From assembly GCA_963803705.1 (NCBI GenBank), contig CAWDNU010000004.1, positions 352,001 through 416,000 of the forward strand: a stretch of 64,000 nucleotides of DNA, given 5' to 3'. Below, in pieces: positions 57,459-64,000 of the stretch; position 1 is the stretch's first letter, and each line of letters starts with the position of its first letter. Source of the stretch: an uncultured Pseudobdellovibrionaceae bacterium. Lineage in GTDB: Bacteria > Bdellovibrionota > Bdellovibrionia > Bdellovibrionales > UBA1609. The notes under the pieces are model-generated. The model searched no databases, had not been told where the DNA came from, and was given only the letters and a program-made list of their open reading frames with translations. The position numbers were made by a program, and so were the translations under genes.

Positions 57459-58193
57459 ATGAAATTGAACCTAGCAATAATCTTCTTACTATTATTTCAG
57501 TTTAGTAGTAGCTCTTACGGAAATTCTTGCGAGAATTTTATTTCTTCCAAAACTGTAGACAGCGCAGTCGTAGATAATTTAGTTTCACGAAACCTATTGG
57601 TAAATCAAAATTCGGTAAGAGGACGTTCAGGTCTATGCGGGATTACTTGCGTTTTTAACGCCCTACAAATCCTCTTGGTTCATGATGGGCACTCACCTAG
57701 ATTGGATCTGCAAGAGCTCTTAATTGAAGGAGCACTGAAATGGACCCGTCCCACTGGGGGGTTGAGCCAAGATGGCTTAGTTCATATGATCAAAATAGTT
57801 AAGAAAACATACTTCCCCTACATGAGCGCCGTAGCGATTAGTGGTAAGTATACTGGCAATATTACAGAGTCGTTTTACTTCAGAAAAGTCGAACGACTAA
57901 ACCTTGGGGATCTCAAGCCAAAACCAGGTAGTGTTTTGATGATGTCAGTTGCAGGACTAAAAAGCACAGGTGAGATAGGCTACCATATTTTTATAGTGAA
58001 GAGTTTTAACGGAAACACCCTAGAGCTTGTCGACCCGAATGCACCGGAAATAGACAAAAAAGCATTACTCAGTAGCTACGGCGAATACAGAGGTAGTAGT
58101 GTCCCAGTTTTTTCCTTCAGCGGGAAATATAAATATAATAATTATGATCGAATTTTTCCATATTCTTTAGTCCAAATGGAAATTCACAACTAG
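57459..58193 (+). CDS. Secreted papain-like (C39-like) cysteine peptidase candidate
   Basis: AGGAG RBS, signal peptide, GLCGITC...GYHIFIV...LVDPN Cys-His-Asp arrangement. Confidence 0.7.
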   Translation: MKLNLAIIFLLLFQFSSSSYGNSCENFISSKTVDSAVVDNLVSRNLLVNQNSVRGRSGLCGITCVFNALQILLVHDGHSPRLDLQELLIEGALKWTRPTGGLSQDGLVHMIKIVKKTYFPYMSAVAISGKYTGNITESFYFRKVERLNLGDLKPKPGSVLMMSVAGLKSTGEIGYHIFIVKSFNGNTLELVDPNAPEIDKKALLSSYGEYRGSSVPVFSFSGKYKYNNYDRIFPYSLVQMEIHN

Positions 58194-58328
58194 ATTATCC
58201 AAATTGAAAACACGACTCGTCAAAGCATTATTAGTCTACATTTTTGATCCAGATCATAATAAGCTAACGCTTCTGGCCCAAAGTGTTACCTATGTCAGAG
58301 GGCCCTTGCCATGTGATACCCTTTAGCA

Positions 58329-60692
58329 ATGTCAGATCTAGATTCAAAAATTGTTAGAGCCTTAAATAATCAGCTGAATTATAAGTCAGAGCAAATATTA
58401 AAATCTTTAGAACTTTTGATCACTGAAAAATCCACTATTCCATTTGTTTCAAGATACAGAAAAGAGGCCACAGGTGGACTGGATGATGTAGCATTAATTG
58501 AAATATTAGATACTTACAACGACACTGTAGCTAAAGAAGATCGAAGGTCATTTATTTTAGAAACCTTAAAGAAATTAGAAAAACTGACTTCAGAATTAGA
58601 AAATTCAATATTAGCAGCCAAAACCTTAAATCAACTAGAGGATTTGTACGCCCCTTTTAAAAGTAAAGTTAAAACTAAAGCTCAGGTGGCAATTGAGCAG
58701 GGTTTAAAGCCTTTGGCTGAACTTATGAAGACCACAGCACTAAAACCCAAAGAATTAGAAAAAGAAAAAGCAGCTGAATTTATAAGTAAAAACAATAAAG
58801 TTGATTCTTTCGATCAAGCCATAGAAGGCGCTTGTGACATTGTCATAGAAGAGATTTCGAATAACCCTGAACTTAAAGATGAATTTAGAAAATTTTATTG
58901 GGAACAGGCCACACTTAAGTCTAACTTAAAAAAAGGTGCAGAAAAGGTCGAACAGCATTTAAAGTACAAGGACTACTTCGAATTTGAACAGAAGCTGTCT
59001 ACACTTAAAGAGCCTAAAAGTAATTTTAGATTTTTAGCCTTAAAAAGAGGTGCTAATGAAAAGATCTTAAACTTGAGTTTAGTCGTTGATTCGGAGCACT
59101 TGGTGGGACTTGTTCTAGGCAAAACTTTTCCAAATTTAGACAGGCTTGGATTTAAAGATATACTTAAAGTGTGCGGCCAAAAGGCATACTCTCAGTATAT
59201 CCATCGAAGTTTAGACAACGAGATTAAAAGTGAACTTAAAGATCTGGGTGACGATTCTGCTATACAGATTTTTAGCGAAAACTTAAAGAGCTTATTGCTA
59301 CAGCCTTACATAGGACAAAAGGCAATATTAGGGATCGATCCCGGCGTTAGGACAGGTTGCAAAGTGGTAGCTATTGATCAAAACGGCAACTACTTGATCG
59401 ACTCTGTTATTTACCCTCATCCACCTAAAGTGGATAAAGTAGGGTCTGCTAAAACAATTTTGCTTTTCTTAGAAAAATTTAAAATCGATTTCATAGCTAT
59501 AGGCAGCGGAACTTACGGACGAGAGACTTTACAATTTTTGCAAGAAAGTATTCCCGATGTAAAGTCAGGCAAAATTAAGGCCGTACTGGTTAATGAAGAT
59601 GGTGCCAGTATCTATTCAGCCAGCCAGGTGGCCCGGGAAGAGTTTCCGGACAAGGACGTAACTGTTCGCGGGGCCATTAGTATTGCTAGAAGATTTCAGG
59701 ACCCCTTAGCCGAACTGGTAAAGATCGACCCAAAATCTATCGGAGTTGGGCAGTACCAGCATGACGTTAATCCTATTAAATTAAAAAAATCTTTGGGATA
59801 CGCCGTTGAAGCCTGTGTAAATCATGTGGGCGTTGACTTAAACACCGCTAGTTACTCGCTTTTAACCTATGTATCAGGCATCGGCCCTGGAGTCGCAAAG
59901 AGCATCGTTAAAACTCGCGAAAAGATTGGTGGTTTTAAAGATAGAAAAGAGCTATTGAAAGTTTCCCGCTACACCGCTAAAACATTTGAACAGTCAGCCG
60001 GTTTTTTAAGGATCCATGGTGGCAAGAACCCATTAGATGCAACCTTTATTCACCCCGAGGCCTACCCAATTCTAGAATCTTGGTGCAAAAAAAATGATAT
60101 AAAATTAAGTGAGCTTCCACAAAATAAAGACAACATAGAATTGCTAATAAAAGATAAAGATCTTCAAATAGAAATCGGAAAGTACACCCATGATGATATT
60201 ATAAAGTGCTTAACAGCATCCAAACAAGATCCACGCACAGAGTTTGAAAGCTTTAAATACCGAGATGATATTAAAGAAATGTCTGATTTAAAAATTGGCC
60301 AGACTTACCCCGGGCTAATCACTAATATCACTCAATTCGGGGCGTTCGTGGATATAGGAATTAAAGAAAATGCCTTAATTCATATCTCGCAAATTTCAGA
60401 CCAATTTGTAGATGACCCACTTAAGGTGTTAAAAGTAGGTCAGTCTGTGAAAGGGCGATTAATTGATTTGGATCCAACTAGAAAAAGAATTTCGCTATCG
60501 CTTAAATCCAATCCCGAAATAAATTCAGGTCATGCAAAAAACAAATCAAACACAAACAGCAATTCAAAATCTTTAAACCAAAAAATAAATCAACCCCGAA
60601 ATAATTCATCCTCAAACGAAAGAGTTAAAAATGATAACAGTAAAGTCGACGACAGTAATCCTTTCGCTGCTTTAAAAAAGTTAAAATTGTAG
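58329..60692 (+). CDS. tex: Tex-family RNA-binding transcriptional accessory protein
   Basis: TIPFVSRYRKEATGGLD, GIDPGVRTGCK, NEDGASIYSAS, DPKSIGVGQYQHDV, C-terminal S1 domain. Confidence 0.96.
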   Translation: MSDLDSKIVRALNNQLNYKSEQILKSLELLITEKSTIPFVSRYRKEATGGLDDVALIEILDTYNDTVAKEDRRSFILETLKKLEKLTSELENSILAAKTLNQLEDLYAPFKSKVKTKAQVAIEQGLKPLAELMKTTALKPKELEKEKAAEFISKNNKVDSFDQAIEGACDIVIEEISNNPELKDEFRKFYWEQATLKSNLKKGAEKVEQHLKYKDYFEFEQKLSTLKEPKSNFRFLALKRGANEKILNLSLVVDSEHLVGLVLGKTFPNLDRLGFKDILKVCGQKAYSQYIHRSLDNEIKSELKDLGDDSAIQIFSENLKSLLLQPYIGQKAILGIDPGVRTGCKVVAIDQNGNYLIDSVIYPHPPKVDKVGSAKTILLFLEKFKIDFIAIGSGTYGRETLQFLQESIPDVKSGKIKAVLVNEDGASIYSASQVAREEFPDKDVTVRGAISIARRFQDPLAELVKIDPKSIGVGQYQHDVNPIKLKKSLGYAVEACVNHVGVDLNTASYSLLTYVSGIGPGVAKSIVKTREKIGGFKDRKELLKVSRYTAKTFEQSAGFLRIHGGKNPLDATFIHPEAYPILESWCKKNDIKLSELPQNKDNIELLIKDKDLQIEIGKYTHDDIIKCLTASKQDPRTEFESFKYRDDIKEMSDLKIGQTYPGLITNITQFGAFVDIGIKENALIHISQISDQFVDDPLKVLKVGQSVKGRLIDLDPTRKRISLSLKSNPEINSGHAKNKSNTNSNSKSLNQKINQPRNNSSSNERVKNDNSKVDDSNPFAALKKLKL

Positions 60693-60695
60693 CTT

Positions 60696-61583
60696 GTGGG
60701 TGTAGAGAGCCAATCTTACCTATACGCGTTTTCTGCGGTATTTTCGTTTTCGATTTCCGCAGTTGGATTTACGTATTTCACACAAAAAATTTCTGCATTA
60801 TGGATGAATATCTTTAAGTGCATAATTTCATTTCTAATTAGCTTACCAATCATTTTATACTTAAACCACCACGCACTTTGGTCCTTTGAACAGTCGTGGC
60901 CTTTTTACTTAAGTGGAATTATTGGTTTGAACTTAGGCGACTGGATGTTACTAAGCGCTTATAAAAAAATTGGTCCGGCCAGAACTTTGATGCTTTTTGG
61001 GTTTCAGCCCTTAATAGCTGGGGGATTTTCTTTTTATGTTTGGGGCGAAACAATTTACCCAAGAAAACTTATCGCCATCATTTTTTTTATAATATGCTTA
61101 TTTATTTTTAGCTTTGAAAAATTTAAGGTCAATAGAAAATGGGATTTTACTGGACTTCTATATGCCCTTGCCGGGGTAACCCTGGATAGCGTTGGCGTAA
61201 TTTTAACCAGATACGGTTTTAATGAAAGCCCCGATATCAGTGGATTGGACGCACAATATATCAGAACTTTAGCAGCACTTGTAAGTTTTGTTTTTTTCAT
61301 TCCATTTGTTAAAATAGACGTGATCGCTAACTACTTTTCACTGACCCAAAAAGAAAGAGGTGTCGCCGTACTATCAAGTGTATTTGGTACATTCTTATCG
61401 TTAGCATTTTACATGCAGGCTATAAAAATTGGAAAACTTGCTGCAGTGACTTCCATTGTTCTAACTGACCCGATGATGTCTACTTTTTTCGAGTCTATCT
61501 GGCTTAAAAGGTGGCCATCAAAATATCTTTGGCTTGCGATGCTAAGTTTTATATGTGCAATGTATTTTTTGTTTTTATCTTAA
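60696..61583 (+). CDS. DMT/EamA-family transporter
   Basis: About 10 TM helices in two EamA repeats (SGIIGLNLGD...IGPART). Confidence 0.88.
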   Translation: MGVESQSYLYAFSAVFSFSISAVGFTYFTQKISALWMNIFKCIISFLISLPIILYLNHHALWSFEQSWPFYLSGIIGLNLGDWMLLSAYKKIGPARTLMLFGFQPLIAGGFSFYVWGETIYPRKLIAIIFFIICLFIFSFEKFKVNRKWDFTGLLYALAGVTLDSVGVILTRYGFNESPDISGLDAQYIRTLAALVSFVFFIPFVKIDVIANYFSLTQKERGVAVLSSVFGTFLSLAFYMQAIKIGKLAAVTSIVLTDPMMSTFFESIWLKRWPSKYLWLAMLSFICAMYFLFLS

Positions 61584-62390
61584 AAAAAGGGCACAGGATC
61601 TTGGATTATGAATTTTGTTCTTTTGATTGTGATTAAGAGCTTTCATAACCATTTCGAAAGCTCTTGGTCGAAGTAGAGGTTTCCAATTTTGAATTAAATC
61701 GTAAACAGAGCTACTTAAATCTGAGGAGTGTTTTATTTTTACCCCCAGGCCGTAGTCCATTAATACCCAACCGCGTCCATTAACATACCCAATTTGAAAA
61801 GGTAAAAAATCAGGTAACACTTTAACTTTTTCGAATGACTCTAGGAATAAAATTAGGTCAATAAATCTTGGATCAAAAGAATTAGGTGCTACACTCAAAA
61901 ACGTGTTTAAAGTCATTGTAACCTTCAAGTATTCTACAACTGTTACAAAGTCAGATTGGTATTGAAGGTCTAAGATTTTTACAAGGCTTTTTGGATTAAC
62001 AACAGATCTAAGCAAATAGTAGGATTCCATAAATCCAAGCGCCATTTGAACAGAATGGCTAGCTTCTAAACCACTGGTTGATATTTTAAGGTCATTAGAG
62101 CCGACGAACTGAGCTAAACGAACCGCGTTTCCCCTATCGTCTTCAAAAACAATTGTGTTGTTTCCTGACCCTAAAAACTGATTGAAAACAATGATGTCTC
62201 CAGATTCAAGCACCAGGTGATCCCCGGAATTTACCTTACGTCCATTAACAATAAGCTCGGAATTATTGTAGATATAATACCCTGGCGTGACTCTATCTTG
62301 ACCAAACAAAACATGACTTTGCAAACCAAATGCAAGAGAAGGTACACACAACATTATAAGGACTATTTTAAACACGTGAAGTATTTGCAT
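61575..62390 (-). CDS. Secreted hypothetical protein, possibly a degenerate kinase-like fold
   Basis: Signal peptide, FLGSGNNTIVF, PDFLPFQIGY...WVLMDYG, C-terminal SCALFLR. Confidence 0.6.
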   Translation of the reverse strand: MQILHVFKIVLIMLCVPSLAFGLQSHVLFGQDRVTPGYYIYNNSELIVNGRKVNSGDHLVLESGDIIVFNQFLGSGNNTIVFEDDRGNAVRLAQFVGSNDLKISTSGLEASHSVQMALGFMESYYLLRSVVNPKSLVKILDLQYQSDFVTVVEYLKVTMTLNTFLSVAPNSFDPRFIDLILFLESFEKVKVLPDFLPFQIGYVNGRGWVLMDYGLGVKIKHSSDLSSSVYDLIQNWKPLLRPRAFEMVMKALNHNQKNKIHNPRSCALFLR

Positions 62391-62582
62391 AAATTATACC
62401 ACCCCAACTTGGCCATCACGGAACTACACCATGGTCTAACCACCATAGACCTGACGATATCCTGAAAATTTTTAACCAATTAAAATTTTAAAAAGTGACT
62501 TTCTTGAGCTTTATTGAATTTCCATCGTAAAAACCAGAACAAAGTGATGATTAATTAGGAAAGTAATTAAGTGGTCTAAATA

Positions 62583-63800
62583 TTGCTTATTATTAAAAGA
62601 TCGAGGATTTATATGAAATTTACTATTATTTTTATATTTTTAATGCTTATTAGCACTATCATTCAGGCTCAGAGAGAATCTTGGAAAGACTATCAATGTA
62701 TGCTTCAAAAATTCGATTTAGTTATTAGTAAGACTGTAGGCGAATGCTCAGGTACTTTTTTAAATAATAATATTTTTTTAACAGCGGCGCATTGTATTGA
62801 TATACTATCTGCAGGCAATTCTGAGGACGTAAATTTTGAATATTTAGTGGACTGCCCAAACTTAAAAGATTTTGTAAGCGTTAAAAATATCGCTGTTCAC
62901 CCTAATTATTTTCTTAATGACGAAGACCTTGATGCATTTAACTCGACCGCGTTGAATACTAAATATTTAATTGATCCTCAATCATTCGCCAGCTTAGTTA
63001 AGTATAATGACATCGCTCTGCTTTATACTAGCCATACACCTTTTGATGATTATCCGTCATTGGAGACAACTTCTAATAATACTTATAAAAACTGTAGCTT
63101 CTTAGGTTTTTCCAGGGACTATTGCCACAGTCCAGGCGGCGAAGGATGTCTTCGTGAACAAAAATCTATTTCCCCTTCAGATTATGGCGATTCTTATATG
63201 GATATTATGTGTAACCTTTTAACGGGTGAAAATTGTTATTTGCGATCTCAAGAAAAATTACGCTTACCTGTGCATCTTCAAACTGAAAAACCAAAATTTA
63301 GCCATGGTGACTCAGGAAGTGGTTTAATATGTAAGGTAGGCAATAAAAATAAAATTGTTGGTTTAATTATTGGTCATGATCAAAAAACTGGTATTTTATC
63401 TTTAGCCCATAAAAACAGTTTTATTAGCGACTTTATTGGATTAAATGAGATTGAGTTTAAAACAAAATCGATGAATTTTTCTATCGAAAATCAGTATCGT
63501 AAAATCTTACAAAAAGCTCTTGATATCAAAAGGCAGTTATATCCAATCAGCAGAGTCTTTGTTGGAAACCAAGGAATTGGCATTTTAACTAAGTTAGAAA
63601 ATTGGATTTTGAAAAAAGGAAGTTTAATTAACTCAGGGCTTGAAAGAAAAAAAATAAAATTTATTAGCATCGTGGCGTCTGGGTCTGAAAACGCAAAGCA
63701 ATCTGAAAAGCCATTTATTCATAAACCCACTGGATCTTACGGAATACTATATATTTTCACAAAATCAGACATAGACGATATAGAAAACATATTATTTTAA
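62583..63800 (+). CDS. Secreted trypsin-like (S1) serine protease with a C-terminal extension
   Basis: CSGTFL...LTAAHC, NDIALL, GDSGSGLIC. The true start is probably ATG 62613. Confidence 0.92.
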   Translation: MLIIKRSRIYMKFTIIFIFLMLISTIIQAQRESWKDYQCMLQKFDLVISKTVGECSGTFLNNNIFLTAAHCIDILSAGNSEDVNFEYLVDCPNLKDFVSVKNIAVHPNYFLNDEDLDAFNSTALNTKYLIDPQSFASLVKYNDIALLYTSHTPFDDYPSLETTSNNTYKNCSFLGFSRDYCHSPGGEGCLREQKSISPSDYGDSYMDIMCNLLTGENCYLRSQEKLRLPVHLQTEKPKFSHGDSGSGLICKVGNKNKIVGLIIGHDQKTGILSLAHKNSFISDFIGLNEIEFKTKSMNFSIENQYRKILQKALDIKRQLYPISRVFVGNQGIGILTKLENWILKKGSLINSGLERKKIKFISIVASGSENAKQSEKPFIHKPTGSYGILYIFTKSDIDDIENILF

Positions 63801-64000
63801 TAATTTTCTTTAAAGTTATAAACTTACAAAGTTAAACTTTTTAGATGTGGTAGTTTAGACTTGTATTTAAATAACTTATTTTCCGAACCATCGAATTCAA
63901 TTCGTGTAGAAATCCACTCAATATTTTTCAAAAATTTCGACCACATTACCTGAAGTCATCTTAATTAAATCGTCTCTAGTATCCGGAATTTTTCAAGGAA

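Noticed and set aside
344..62465. Short antisense or overlapping ORFs in the track (e.g. 344..649, 5632..5883, 19351..19647, 21972..22361, 37468..37824, 45298..45837, 48439..48762, 50007..50312)
   Set aside because: They lie within or opposite well-supported genes and have no motifs or RBS, so they are shadow ORFs.

Overview
AT-rich bacterial chromosomal window, most likely from a Bdellovibrionota (Bdellovibrio/Bacteriovorax-like) genome. This is an inference from two TIGR02147/DUF4423-type regulators, lipoproteins with a G(N/G)GGD motif, many orphan secreted proteins and a Bdellovibrio-style minor pilin. The left third (1-19.6 kb) is an accessory, partly decaying island. It holds gene fragments, a duplicated gene remnant, an inactivated toxin next to an intact HTH antitoxin and a complete IS481-family element (15816-17125, 7-bp TSD). 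The rest mixes housekeeping-type genes (MPG glycosylase, M3 peptidase, MltF, BetT, MscS/YbdG, PyrC, Tex, EamA) with three accessory modules. These are a DUF1592/DUF1552 heme-c pair, an ECF sigma/Cys-rich anti-sigma/HMA/MerT-like metal-response cluster with two mirror-image promoters, and a TonB-receptor metal-uptake locus whose divergent promoter carries a 13x7-bp tandem repeat. Two copies of a 125-bp MITE-like element flanked by ACTT are present. No rRNA, tRNA or CRISPR array was seen. All family assignments come from motifs recognised by eye, not from database searches.
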